A program made the position numbers and the translations under genes. From the NCBI GenBank assembly GCA_963663275.1, contig OY760183.1:128001-192000 (forward strand): DNA of 64,000 bases, read 5' to 3'. The notes under the pieces were generated by a model. The model saw only the letters and a program-made list of their open reading frames with translations. It was not told the origin of the DNA and did not search any database. This document shows, one piece after another, positions 20,710-31,065 of this stretch (position 1 is its first letter; every line of letters begins with the position of its first letter). Origin of the DNA: Chloroflexota bacterium (lineage in GTDB: Bacteria > Chloroflexota > UBA11872 > VXOZ01).

Positions 20710-21402
20710 ATGGAAATTCAAGTCATCGGCCTGATACTTGCGGCGTACGTCTTGGGCGCGATTCCCTTCGTCTACCTGCTGGGACGGATTTCCGGGGTCG
20801 ATTTGCGGGACGAGGGCAGCCGCAACGTCGGCGGCACCAATCTCTTTCGCACGGTGGGGCCGCTCTCGGGCGTGCTGGGCGCGGTGCTGGACATTGGCAA
20901 GGGCGTGGCGCCGGTGCTGGCGGCGCGGGCGCTCGACTTCAACGACGGCGTGGCGGGTCTGGCGGCAATCGCGGCGGTCGTGGGCCAGTGCTGGCCGGTA
21001 TTCCTCCGCTTTCACGGCGGCCGCGGCATCTCGGTGGTGGGCGGCGCCGTCATCGCCTTCTCGCCCTTGACCTTCTTCTTGGCCGTCCTGCCCGCCCTGG
21101 GCGGCTTAGGGGCCTACTTCATCATGCTGCGCCGCCGGCCGCGGGACGCCGCAGCAGACGCGGCGCCAACCGGAGGCAACAGCCGCACCGTGCCCCTCTT
21201 CATGATGATCTCGATTGTGGCCCTGCCGGTCGTCGCTGCCGTCCTGGGCGAGCCGTTTTCGATTGTGCTCGCGGCGGCGGCGCTCTCGCTGCTCGTCATC
21301 TTGCGCCGGCTTACCGCCGGCCTGCGCCAGGACCGCGGCTCACCCATTCCGCTCCACACGCGCCTGCGCAACCGCTTCCTCTACGACCGCGCGCAAGTAT
21401 AG
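20710..21402 (+). CDS. plsY: Glycerol-3-phosphate acyltransferase PlsY
   Basis: GAIPF, GSRNVGGTN, DIGKG, F.RFHGGRG. Confidence 0.85.
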   Translation: MEIQVIGLILAAYVLGAIPFVYLLGRISGVDLRDEGSRNVGGTNLFRTVGPLSGVLGAVLDIGKGVAPVLAARALDFNDGVAGLAAIAAVVGQCWPVFLRFHGGRGISVVGGAVIAFSPLTFFLAVLPALGGLGAYFIMLRRRPRDAAADAAPTGGNSRTVPLFMMISIVALPVVAAVLGEPFSIVLAAAALSLLVILRRLTAGLRQDRGSPIPLHTRLRNRFLYDRAQV

Positions 21403-21464
21403 TCAACGCCGTGGGCAGCCGATAGACTCTCTCTCTGGGCAGCCGATAAACTCCCTCTCCCTGG

Positions 21465-21654
21465 GCTGACAGGAGTAGGCACTCTACATCCGCATTCTCG
21501 TGTCATTCCGAGCGGAGCGCAGCGGAGAGTCGAACCCTGTTCGCGGAATCCAGGGCAGAGAACCGCAAATCCAGCATCTCTAGATTCCTCGCTGCGCTCC
21601 GCTCCACTCGGAATGACACGTTAAGCCGATAATCAATTGTCTACCCTTGTCAAC
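21465..21654. mobile_element. MITE-B copy
   Basis: GCTGACAGGAGTAGGC...GTCTACCCTTGTCAAC inside a CTCCCTCTCC/GGAGAGGGG hairpin. Confidence 0.75.
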
Positions 21655-21745
21655 TCTCCTCGAGGAGAGGGGAAGCACGTAGCGCGGGGGCTTGTCCCCC
21701 GCCTGTGGCAGGGTGAGGCGCTACCGTAGCGCAGGGGCTTGTTGC

Positions 21746-21920
21746 CAATGCTTTCGCATTTAAGGGTGGATAGTCACGAGTATGAGCCTCTACACGGCAT
21801 GTCACGTGGTGTAGGGGCACGACATGTCGTGCCCCTACACCACGTTGACGACCGGTCAAGCGCATTAACAGCGCGGATTCGCCGTGGTTGCCTAAGTCAG
21901 AAGCTAATGCGACAGCATTG
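21746..21920. mobile_element. MITE-C copy inserted into a GTAG REP
   Basis: GGGCTTGTTGC|CAATGCTTTCGCA...TGCGACAGCATTG|GCGCTTGTCCC; alignable with copies at 45427 and 61488. Confidence 0.85.
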
Positions 21921-22034
21921 GCGCTTGTCCCCCGCCGGCGTCACTTACTGCGAATGGGCGCCGCACTGCCCGTTCGTGCTGAGCCCGTCGAAGCATGAAC
22001 GGGTAGTGCGGCGCTCATCAGGCTGCGGCTTGTC

Positions 22035-23756
22035 TCAATATCCCATTGCCGACGACGTCGGATAATACGGATCCGCCGCGCCGATCAGGGTTTCCCCCTG
22101 CCGCTGGATTGCCACCGGACTGGCAAAGTAGCGCGGCAGGAAGGCCTCCTCCGCCGCGACGACGGCGTGGCCGCGCCGGGCCAGTTCCTCCCGCACGGCG
22201 GGGTCGATGCGAACGCTCACAATCGGGCGCAGGGTGCTGCAATCGATGCGGGGCGCGTCGATCGCGGCTTGCGCGTCCATCTCGAAATCCACCACGTTCA
22301 TGGCGAGTTGGGTCACGGTGTTGATGATGCGCCGCCCGCCGGACGCGCCCAAGGCCGCCAGCGCCTTGCCGCCGCGTTCCAGCACGATTGGGCACATGTT
22401 GTTCAGCGGCTTCTTGCCGCCTTCCGTCGAGTTGCTCGTGCCCGGCTCCGGGTTGTACCACATCATGCCGTTGTTCAGCAGCACGCCGGTGCCCGGCGCG
22501 ACCACCCGCGAACCCCAAGCCGAGAGCAGCGTCTGGGTGAGCGCCACGGCGTTGCCCGCGCCGTCCATCACCGCCAGGTGCGTGGTGGACTCCGCGTTGG
22601 AGCCGGGCAGCGGGCGGGACTCCGGCGCGCCGTCGCCCGCCTGATACCGCCAGGGATCCCCCGGCCCGCGCTCCGCGCGCGCCTGCCGGGCATCGATCGT
22701 CCCCGCCAGCGACGCGGCATAGTCCTTGGCAAGCAAGCCGTCCAGCGGCACGTGCACGCGCGCGGGGTCGGCCATGTAGGCGAAGCGGTCGGCAAACGCC
22801 TGGCCGGAGGCCTCGATGAAGGTGTGCAGGTAGTCGGCCGCGTTGTGGCCCATCGCGCCTACGTCGAAGTTTTCCAGGATGTTCAGAGTCTCCATCAGGG
22901 TGGGCGCGCCGGTGCCGCCCTTCATGCCGATCACGTTCGCGCCCCGGTATGCGCCCAGGACGGAATCCGCGTGCACGGTCGCTTCATACTGCGCCAGGTC
23001 TTCGATAGAGAGGATGCCGCCGTTCTCCCGCACGTGGCGGGCGATGCGTTCGCCCAGCGCGCCGCCGTAGAGCGCCGCCGGGCCTTCCGCCGCCAGCGTG
23101 CGCAGCGTGGCGGCCAGTTCAGGCTGGCGCAGCCTGCCCGCCGCGCCCGGCTCCATGGCGAACGGCAGGCGATGGGGATAGCCGTTGCTGAGATAGGTGG
23201 CCGCCGTGGCGGGAAACCGGTTCAGCAAGGCCAAGTCTTGCGCCTGCCACATGGTCTCGAACCAGGAGAGCGCAAAGCCTTCCTCGGCCAGCCGCGCGGC
23301 GGGCGCGACGGCGCGATCCAGGCCAATCGTGCCAAGACTGTCCAGCGCCGCCGCCATGCCCGCCACCATGCCCGGTATGGCGATGGACCGGTAACCGTAG
23401 ATGTTGGCGTTGTCCTTGACCAAGCGCCAGCCGAAGAGTTCGCTGTCGTAGCCCTCCACCAGTTCCCACATGTCGGGCGTTGCCGCTTGCGGCGCTTGCA
23501 TGGGAAAAGCGACCACGACCTGCTGTTGGGTCTCCTGGAGGAAGACGGACATGTAGCCGCCGCCGCCCACGCCGCTCATGGGCGGTTCCACCACGCCGGC
23601 GGCAAAGGCGGTGGCCACCGCGGCGTCCACCGCGTTGCCGCCGGCCTGGAGGATTTCCAGGCCGGCCTGGGCGGCCAGGCGGTGCTTGGCCGCCACCATG
23701 CCCCCTGTCGCCGTGGCTGCGTGTACGCGCGCTTCCCATTGCGTTTCCGTGGCCAT
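22035..23756 (-). CDS. ggt: Gamma-glutamyltransferase family Ntn hydrolase
   Basis: GGNAVDAAVA, SGVGGGG, STTH autoprocessing Thr, GVLLNNGM, GASGG. Confidence 0.9.
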   Translation of the reverse strand: MATETQWEARVHAATATGGMVAAKHRLAAQAGLEILQAGGNAVDAAVATAFAAGVVEPPMSGVGGGGYMSVFLQETQQQVVVAFPMQAPQAATPDMWELVEGYDSELFGWRLVKDNANIYGYRSIAIPGMVAGMAAALDSLGTIGLDRAVAPAARLAEEGFALSWFETMWQAQDLALLNRFPATAATYLSNGYPHRLPFAMEPGAAGRLRQPELAATLRTLAAEGPAALYGGALGERIARHVRENGGILSIEDLAQYEATVHADSVLGAYRGANVIGMKGGTGAPTLMETLNILENFDVGAMGHNAADYLHTFIEASGQAFADRFAYMADPARVHVPLDGLLAKDYAASLAGTIDARQARAERGPGDPWRYQAGDGAPESRPLPGSNAESTTHLAVMDGAGNAVALTQTLLSAWGSRVVAPGTGVLLNNGMMWYNPEPGTSNSTEGGKKPLNNMCPIVLERGGKALAALGASGGRRIINTVTQLAMNVVDFEMDAQAAIDAPRIDCSTLRPIVSVRIDPAVREELARRGHAVVAAEEAFLPRYFASPVAIQRQGETLIGAADPYYPTSSAMGY

Positions 23757-23851
23757 GATCGCCTCCTCTCATCGGCGCGGATTGCGTATCGCGCGCCGCT
23801 CGCCGCGGTGCGCGCGTTCGTCGTTCTTGGGAGTATGGAAGTCAGTTTCGC

Positions 23852-24139
23852 TTAGCCGAGGCCGAAATTGACGTAGCCGAGTTCGCGCAGAATGTACAGC
23901 CCCGCGGCGGCGGCAATGGCGAGAAAGGCGAGGATTTGCACAATCCTCAGGATTGGCTTGAGCAGGGCGCTCACGACGTTCGAGATCAGCGAGAACACCA
24001 CGATGACGCCGATGCCGAGTGCGACCCATATTCCCCAATCGGGAATCTGCTCCAATTCTCTGGGGCCCACGCTCCGCAGCCAGGTTGTGGCGGCGTCCAG
24101 CGCCTCTTGCGCGGCGGCGAGCCAATCTTCCGTTTCCAT
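23852..24139 (-). CDS. Hypothetical membrane protein (2 TM)
   Basis: Two hydrophobic segments; RBS-like GAAAGG before ATG. Confidence 0.6.
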   Translation of the reverse strand: METEDWLAAAQEALDAATTWLRSVGPRELEQIPDWGIWVALGIGVIVVFSLISNVVSALLKPILRIVQILAFLAIAAAAGLYILRELGYVNFGLG

Positions 24140-24424
24140 GTGCCTTTCTTCTCCTGCCTGTGCCGTACCCTTATTGTCGAAGCGTCCGCGCGCCTCTGTC
24201 AACACCGCGCCGCGCGCAACCGGGCGCTGAAGCGCCGCACCCGTGCGGGGCGCCGCTTTGCGGTATCATTAAGCAAATCCCATCAAGTGACCGCAATTCA
24301 GCATTCTGCCCGGCGCCGCCGAAACGCGCTGGCCGCAATCGTCCGACAAGTCGCGGCTGTGCGTCTCCGCCGGGCACACTAATCGAGGAAGCGACGTCGC
24401 GTACGCAGTCTAAGGAGAAACCGG

Positions 24425-25204
24425 ATGTATACCATCGACTTGCACGGCAAGCACGCTCTTGTCATGGGCGTGGCCAACAAGGAGAGCGCGGCCTGGGCCA
24501 TCGTACAGGCGCTGGCCGGCGCCGGCGCGCGCATTGCCCTGAACTACCAGACCGAACGCCTGGCAAGCCGCGTGCAAGACCTGGCGGCCACGCTGAACGA
24601 TCCCCTGGTCGCCCCCTGCGACGTGACGCATCCCGACGAGGTGGAGGCGCTCTTCGGGCGCGTGGAGCAGGAATTCGGCGCGCTGGACATCCTGGTGCAT
24701 AGCCTCGCCTTTGCCAGCCGGGACGAGTTTGCCAAGGATTTCGTGGAAACCTCCCGCGACGGCTTTCTGCAAGCGATTGAAATCAGCGCGCACTCGCTGA
24801 TTACGCTCTCGCGGGCGGCGCTGCCCCTGATGCAAGCGGCCGGCGGCGGCAGCGTGATGGCGCTGACGTATCTGGGCGGCGAGCGGGTGGTGGCGGGCTA
24901 CAAACTGATGGGCCCGGCCAAGGCCACGCTGGAGGCTAACGTGCGCTACCTGGCCGAAAACCTGGGGCCCCACAACGTCCGCGTGAACGCCATTTCCGCC
25001 GGCGCGATGCGCACCCTCTCGTTGGCCGGCATTCCCGGCGGCCGCAACTTCCTGCTGGACCTGCCGGAACGCACGCCGCTGCGGCGCAACATCACCCAGG
25101 CCGAGGTGGGCGACACCGCGCTCTACCTGGCCTCGCCCCTCTCCTCCGGCGTGACCGGCGAGACCATCCACGTGGACGCGGGCTACCACATCATCGGCCT
25201 GTAA
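24425..25204 (+). CDS. fabI: Enoyl-ACP reductase FabI
   Basis: MGVAN, LVHSLAF, YKLMGPAK, VNAISAG, HVDAG; RBS AAGGAG. Confidence 0.92.
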   Translation: MYTIDLHGKHALVMGVANKESAAWAIVQALAGAGARIALNYQTERLASRVQDLAATLNDPLVAPCDVTHPDEVEALFGRVEQEFGALDILVHSLAFASRDEFAKDFVETSRDGFLQAIEISAHSLITLSRAALPLMQAAGGGSVMALTYLGGERVVAGYKLMGPAKATLEANVRYLAENLGPHNVRVNAISAGAMRTLSLAGIPGGRNFLLDLPERTPLRRNITQAEVGDTALYLASPLSSGVTGETIHVDAGYHIIGL

Positions 25205-25327
25205 CCGCCCAAGCGCGGGCGGAACGCGCTCGCTCAACCGGCCGCACTGCACTACGGCGCGTGATGAAGGAGCCTGGCCGCATCCGGCCGGCTACGATTC
25301 AATCGCCAGGGAGGCAGCGAGGATAGG

Positions 25328-25885
25328 TTAAGTTCCTGCGACCGAAAGGCCAATGCCAAACACTGCGGCGATAATTGCCACGACGATGGCCATTACAACC
25401 CAGCCGATAATCGTGGTCAGGACTGCCTTGCCGGTGCTCACGTCAAGCGCCTGGCGGATGGCGATGAGGCCGGCCAGGAGCACCCACACGAGCAGGGCGA
25501 ACCGCAGCAAGCCGCCAAACACCGGCACGCCGCCAAGCACGCCGGTAACGATAAGCAGCACGTTTGGCGATTGGGCAAAGCCGAGCGTGCGCAGCATTTC
25601 GCCGTATGTGGCGGTGCCGCCGAATACGTTGGCGCCGATGATGTACGTGACGAGCGCCCAGATAAGCCAACCAACGATTGCCACAAGGATACCGCCGATA
25701 AGACCGGTCACGGCGTCGATGGGGCTCAGGGTAAGGAGTTTCCACAAGGCGCCGCCAATGCCGCTGGACAAGGCTACGATGACGACGACCTGCAAGGCCT
25801 GGCTGGTGGCCGAGCGGTCGTGCTCCACCTCCTCGTAGAGACTGGAATCGAGCATGGCGGCGCGGATCATCCGATTGACGAGCAT
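25328..25885 (-). CDS. YIP1 family membrane protein
   Basis: RMIRAAMLD..YEEVE, LRTLGFAQSP, 5 TM; RBS AAAGGA. Confidence 0.75.
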   Translation of the reverse strand: MLVNRMIRAAMLDSSLYEEVEHDRSATSQALQVVVIVALSSGIGGALWKLLTLSPIDAVTGLIGGILVAIVGWLIWALVTYIIGANVFGGTATYGEMLRTLGFAQSPNVLLIVTGVLGGVPVFGGLLRFALLVWVLLAGLIAIRQALDVSTGKAVLTTIIGWVVMAIVVAIIAAVFGIGLSVAGT

Positions 25886-26184
25886 GGCGTCTTCCTTTCT
25901 GTGTGCGCCCGCGGCTTCCTTTGCGCGCTTATACCCAAAAGGGGGAAACTAATACTTGCATTTCTTACCCAAGAATACCAGATGGTGAAAGAAAGTGCAA
26001 GCTCATTCTTGAATTCATTGATAACCCTCGACGTTTGTCCGAATTGTGGGGCTTGCTGCGCGCGGCGGGGGACAAGCCCCCGCGCTACGTTCATGCGATA
26101 GCTTCTGGTTGGTAGGTTCGGTAGCCGCCGCGCGCAGCCGCCAACGCCGCGTTATCCGCCCGCGGCGCATCCGCGCCATGCGCA

Positions 26185-26757
26185 TCACGCGCTATCGAGC
26201 TGGAACGTCTCGGGGAAGAATGTGAGCGTCACGATTAAGCTCACCACGATCAACACGACAGCGGTAATGAGCGTGATGACGGTCGCTTTGCCCGTGGTGA
26301 TGCCCAGCGTTTGCCTGGTGGCGATGACGCTGACGATCAGCGTCCACAACGCCACCGCCAAGCCGAGCAGCCCAGCGATGGCCGTCCCGGCCGTCGGCAC
26401 GAAGGCCAGGGGCACGGAGAGTATGATGAGCACCGAGGGCGACTGAGCAAAGGCGAGATTGCGCAGCACCTCCATGAAACTGGCCGCGCCGCCAAAGACG
26501 CCGGTGCCAATCAGGTAGACCATCACGCACCAGAGCAGCCACGTGACCACGGCGGTGGCGGCGCTGGTCAGCACGTTGTTCGGGACGTCCGCCTCCTCCA
26601 GCGTGTTGAGCGCCTGCGCGCCGCTGGCCAGGGCGCTGGCGGCGGTGGTGATGACGATCACCTGCACCGCCTGGCCCAAAGCGCCCCGGTCTTCCTTGAT
26701 TTCGTCGAAGACCAGCGGATCGAGCATGGCGGCGCGGAACATGCGATCGAAGAGCAT
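26185..26757 (-). CDS. YIP1 family membrane protein (paralog of neighbour)
   Basis: RMFRAAMLD..FDEI, LRNLAFAQSP; RBS AAGGAG. Confidence 0.75.
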   Translation of the reverse strand: MLFDRMFRAAMLDPLVFDEIKEDRGALGQAVQVIVITTAASALASGAQALNTLEEADVPNNVLTSAATAVVTWLLWCVMVYLIGTGVFGGAASFMEVLRNLAFAQSPSVLIILSVPLAFVPTAGTAIAGLLGLAVALWTLIVSVIATRQTLGITTGKATVITLITAVVLIVVSLIVTLTFFPETFQLDSA

Positions 26758-26810
26758 GGCAACTCCTTGGTCTGTCTTCACCCAACTGAAATAACCACCG
26801 CCGCAACGGC

Positions 26811-27191
26811 TCACGCGCTGAGCGGTTCCAGCTTCTCCAGCAGCGCGCCTACCTGTTGGATGCCGTCTTGCACTGAGCCGTCCGTTTGCCAATTCTCATA
26901 GAAGTTCATGTGCAGCGAATTAGCAGACCGAAACAGACTGAAAAACGCGGGGTCTCCCGTCTCGCGGTAGATTCTATCGATAGCTTCGTAGAGGTGGCGA
27001 TGGCTGTCGTGCCGCCAGCCTCGGTGTTGGGCCACGGCTTTCACCGCGTGCGCCGCCGCGCCCCAGGCTTTTTCCGAGGCTTGCAGCCGGTCGCCGCTTG
27101 CGAACTCCGCTTGCGCCTGACGCAGGAATTGGCGGCTGATGCGCCGGTGTTCCGTTACCTTCGAGTCCCGGCCGCTGACTTGCGTAGCCAC
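26811..27191 (-). CDS. PaREP1 family (HEPN-related) protein
   Basis: QASEKAWGAA and LH.NFYE signature; GTG start after AGAGGG. Confidence 0.75.
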   Translation of the reverse strand: MATQVSGRDSKVTEHRRISRQFLRQAQAEFASGDRLQASEKAWGAAAHAVKAVAQHRGWRHDSHRHLYEAIDRIYRETGDPAFFSLFRSANSLHMNFYENWQTDGSVQDGIQQVGALLEKLEPLSA

Positions 27192-27305
27192 GCTGCGCCC
27201 TCTGTTTCCGTCTTGCCGCATTCGTCGTCGATGCGTAATCCAGTGTAGCACGTCTGCTAAGTCAGCGGCGGCGCGCCGTTGGTGTCCCCGCCACACCACT
27301 AACCC

Positions 27306-27431
27306 GTAGCGCGGGGGCTTGTCCCCCGCCAGGTGGGGCAAACGTCAAGCATCGACGTAGCACCGGGGCTTGTCCCCCGCCAGGTGGGGCAAACGTCAAC
27401 CATCCACGTAGCGCGGGGGCTTGTCCCCCGC
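27306..27431. repeat. Tandem array of 3 GTAG REPs (51-bp period)
   Basis: GTAGC..GGGGCTTGTCCCCCGC at 27306, 27357, 27408 with near-identical linkers. Confidence 0.9.
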
Positions 27432-27471
27432 ACCGTTGCCGCCATTCACCCGTAGCCCGGGGGCCTGTCCT

Positions 27472-27675
27472 CAATGCCGTGGCCTAGAACTGGTGAGCAC
27501 GGTACTATCCGTTCGTGCTGAGCCCGTCGAAGTACGAACGGATAGTACCGTGCGCCGTAACCGACCCGCCGTTCACCTTTCGACAAGCTCAAGGCGAACG
27601 GCTGTGTGCATGCTCATCCATTCCTCAATATTCGGAGGGCGGCGTCATGCAGACCAATGCAACGCGACACCTTTG
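27472..27675. mobile_element. MITE-C copy (CCGTTCG REP-pair cargo) inserted into a GTAG REP
   Basis: GGGCCTGTCCT|CAATGCCGTGGC...GCGACACCTTTG|GCGCTTGTCCC. Confidence 0.8.
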
Positions 27676-27907
27676 GCGCTTGTCCCCCGCATCCTCGCCG
27701 CGCCGGCATTCCTCCGGCAAACCGGCCCGCTTGCTGTATACTGAAATGAACCGCGCGCCTTGTCAATGTGCCGCGCGGCGGCGCGCGCCGCGTTGCGCGC
27801 CTTGACATCCGCATCGCCGCGCCGCAGCATAGCACCTAACGAACCGCAGCGCGCCCGTACCGACCGGGCGCGTACGAGAATCCCCCATCGAGAGGAGCCA
27901 GATCGCC

Positions 27908-28747
27908 ATGAGCATTGCCGTTTCAGCCCCCCAGCGACTGCCCGTAGACGACGTGGACTTCTTCAACGAGCACGGCTACCTGCGCCTGAAGCAGGTGTAC
28001 GACCCCCAAGAGGTCGCCGCCCTCAGCGAGGAACTCGACCACATCATCCAGCACTTCGCCACCCACGGCAAGGGCTGGACCGGCCCTTGGCGCAAGCAAC
28101 TGATGGAAAGCGACGTGGAGACCAAGAGCCTCCTGGTCACCATCCACGAACTCCAGAGCTACAGCGAGGCCTGGGCGCGGGCGTTGGTGAACGAGCGCCT
28201 GGTGCGGTCAATCGCCGACATCATCGGCCCGGACCTGGAGTTCCACCACAGCACCCTGCACGCCAAAGGCCCGGATACCGGCACGCCTTTTCCAATGCAC
28301 CAGGACTATCCCTTCTACCCCCACCAGGACGGGCGCTATATCGACGCGATCGTGCACGTGGACGGCGCCGACGAGACGAGCGGCTGCCTGAAGTTCCTGG
28401 ACGGCAGCCACACCCTGGGGCCGCTGGAACACAGCCGCGAGGGCTCGCCGCACCTCGATCAGAACGTCTACCGCCTGCAAGACGCCGTCTCCGTGCCGGC
28501 GGAGCCGGGCGACGTGGTGCTCTTCAGCATCTGGACCATCCACGGCTCGGCGCTCAACGAACAGCCCCGCTGGCGGCGCGTAGTCCGCTTCGGCTACCGC
28601 AATCCCCGCAATCTCCAGGTCAGCGGCCAGGCCATGGGCCGCCCCGGCATCATGGTCCAAAGCGTCCGCCCCAAGCTGGAAAACCAGACCATAGAGGTCT
28701 ACGGCAACTGGGGCCCGCAAGCGGTGGCGCCGAGAGATGACGACTAA
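27908..28747 (+). CDS. Phytanoyl-CoA dioxygenase family Fe(II)/2OG oxygenase
   Basis: FFNEHGYL, HQD, GCL.FLDGSH, GDVVLF, HGS..N, RR; RBS GAGGAG. Confidence 0.9.
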   Translation: MSIAVSAPQRLPVDDVDFFNEHGYLRLKQVYDPQEVAALSEELDHIIQHFATHGKGWTGPWRKQLMESDVETKSLLVTIHELQSYSEAWARALVNERLVRSIADIIGPDLEFHHSTLHAKGPDTGTPFPMHQDYPFYPHQDGRYIDAIVHVDGADETSGCLKFLDGSHTLGPLEHSREGSPHLDQNVYRLQDAVSVPAEPGDVVLFSIWTIHGSALNEQPRWRRVVRFGYRNPRNLQVSGQAMGRPGIMVQSVRPKLENQTIEVYGNWGPQAVAPRDDD

Positions 28748-28833
28748 GGAGCGTCTTCAATTCGGAAGCCTAACTCATTCTGTGGAGTGTTGAAGTAGCC
28801 GGCAACGTGTCGTCGCATACGTAGGAGGCTGCA

Positions 28834-31065
28834 ATGGGCCAGCACGCAATCCGAGTCGCGCAGTTGATTGCGCTCAGTCTTGCACTCTTGTTCGTAGGCG
28901 CTTGCGCGGGACCAAGGCCTGGCCTGGAGTGGCAACTGCTCTGGGACTACGAGATGGGAGCGCCGATTTACACTACCCCGATAGAAGATCGTGGCACGAT
29001 CTTCTTCGGCACTGATGACAAGCATGTCTACGCCGTGGACGCAGGTACAGGAGAAGTTCGTTGGCGCTATCGAACCGGAGACATAGTGCGGACTTCGCCA
29101 ACGGTATCCGACGGGGTGGCTTATGTCGGCTCACAAGACGGCAATCTCTATGCGCTGGATGCAGACACTGGAGAATTGCGCTGGCGTTACCAGACCAAAG
29201 TATACGTTTGGTCTACGCTCGCGGTGGCTGACGGTCTGGTTCTTGGCGCTTCACATCCTTCACTGCTGGACGGGCAGTTATTTGCGTTGAACGCTGAGAC
29301 CGGTTCGCTTCTCTGGCAATTAGGGATAAGGCGCGTAGGGACTTCCGCTCCAGCGGTAGTTGACGGTGTGATCTACATTGCCTCACGTAACAATCATCTG
29401 TATGCCTTGGACTCTAGTTCGGGAGAGGCGCGTTGGAGCTACAAGGCAGAAGGCCGTATTGGCTTTCCTCCAACTGTGAAAGAGGGAAACGTCTATCTTT
29501 CTTCCGATGAAGACGTGTCTGCGCTCGATGCTAGAACGGGAGAACTGCTTTGGAGCCACGAATCCTACTCAGGCTCACTCTTCCCTCCGGTGGTGAAAGG
29601 GGACTACATATACTTGACTTCACACAGGGACGTATCCGCGTTGAATGCCCGGACCGGCGAGTTGCATTGGAGTCGCGAAGTAGACAACATCAGATACTAC
29701 TCCCGGACGTTGGTAGAAGACCTCGTTTACCTTTCTACCGAAGAAGAGGTAGTTGCAATTGACCCTGGTACTGGCGAACTGCATTGGCGCTACCCGACTG
29801 GACAGGTGGAATACCTATCTGCAGCCGACGACGTGCTTTACGCACTGAAACGTTACGACGATGTCTTTGCGCTAGATGCCGGCACTGGGGAACTGCGGTG
29901 GGGATATGAGTCGGGACAGGTCCACAATTCCTCGCCTCTAGTAGCTGATGGCTGGCTGTACTTACCCACGAACAATGGCAGCCTCCAAGCGGTCAACGCA
30001 CGCATTGGCGAACGTGGCTGGACCTTTCAAGTCGGCGCAGGAGTTAAGCGCTCTCCCCATGAGGAAGACAGCGTCGTATACTTCAGATCGAATCACGGCT
30101 ATGTCTACGCGCTGGATGCCCGGACAGGAGAGTATTACTGGCGATTCGGCGAGGATGACTATGACTACTACTACTCAGATAACCCGGTAGAGTCAGATGG
30201 CGTTGTCTACGTCGGTGCACGTGGGCCCGAATCCAGTGATCGGATTTATGCGCTGGACGCTACAGCAGGAGAGGTCGTTTGGCGAGTAGATCTAGAGGAC
30301 GAAATCCGATCCGTGCCAATGGTGGTCGATAGCAGAGTCTACATTGCCACCGCGAATGTCGTTTACGCCCTGGATTCCGCGTCCGGCGATGCCCTATGGA
30401 TCTTTCACCAAACAGAAGGCGGCGACTTCAATTCGGCATTCATTGCGGGCGGCAGCGACGTATACGTCAGCAGTAGGCAAGGCCGCGTGTTTGCGCTGAA
30501 TGCGATCACCGGCGAGGTCAATTGGGAAGGCCTCATCGACCAGTACTCATCGGTTGCATTTGGTAATGGCGCCGTCTATGCCAATGCATACCCAGGTCTC
30601 GTCACGGCCCTCGATGCGGAAACTGGCGCATTGCTCTGGAAGATCCAATTGCCAGATCACTTGCGCATTGCTGATGCCGGAAGTGGATACGCGCGCGGTC
30701 TTTCCTCTCCACTTCTGAGTTCTGTAGCATCACGCGGGTCGCTGACCCGACCAGTCGTTGGGTACGGCCTGGTCTATGTAGGATCAGACTACGACATTGT
30801 CTACGCTCTCGATGCGGCTAGCGGAGAACCGCGTTGGCAATTTCAAACAGGAGATGAAATCCGATTTCCCCCTGCGCTTTCGGATGGAGTCTTATACGTG
30901 GCTTCCGGTGACGGTTATGTCTATGGCTTGGATGCTGTCACGGGAAGTCCCATCTGGCACTATCAAGTGGGAGCATGGGTTACCGCAATTGTGCCCAAAG
31001 ATGAAGTGGTCTTTGTGAACAGAGGCGGTGAACGACTGTTCGCGCTGATAGAGCCGGACAGCTAA
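28834..31065 (+). CDS. PQQ-like (BamB-type) beta-propeller repeat lipoprotein
   Basis: Lipobox VGAC; 16 ALDAxTGExxW repeats; RBS AGGAGG; visibly lower GC. Confidence 0.88.
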   Translation: MGQHAIRVAQLIALSLALLFVGACAGPRPGLEWQLLWDYEMGAPIYTTPIEDRGTIFFGTDDKHVYAVDAGTGEVRWRYRTGDIVRTSPTVSDGVAYVGSQDGNLYALDADTGELRWRYQTKVYVWSTLAVADGLVLGASHPSLLDGQLFALNAETGSLLWQLGIRRVGTSAPAVVDGVIYIASRNNHLYALDSSSGEARWSYKAEGRIGFPPTVKEGNVYLSSDEDVSALDARTGELLWSHESYSGSLFPPVVKGDYIYLTSHRDVSALNARTGELHWSREVDNIRYYSRTLVEDLVYLSTEEEVVAIDPGTGELHWRYPTGQVEYLSAADDVLYALKRYDDVFALDAGTGELRWGYESGQVHNSSPLVADGWLYLPTNNGSLQAVNARIGERGWTFQVGAGVKRSPHEEDSVVYFRSNHGYVYALDARTGEYYWRFGEDDYDYYYSDNPVESDGVVYVGARGPESSDRIYALDATAGEVVWRVDLEDEIRSVPMVVDSRVYIATANVVYALDSASGDALWIFHQTEGGDFNSAFIAGGSDVYVSSRQGRVFALNAITGEVNWEGLIDQYSSVAFGNGAVYANAYPGLVTALDAETGALLWKIQLPDHLRIADAGSGYARGLSSPLLSSVASRGSLTRPVVGYGLVYVGSDYDIVYALDAASGEPRWQFQTGDEIRFPPALSDGVLYVASGDGYVYGLDAVTGSPIWHYQVGAWVTAIVPKDEVVFVNRGGERLFALIEPDS

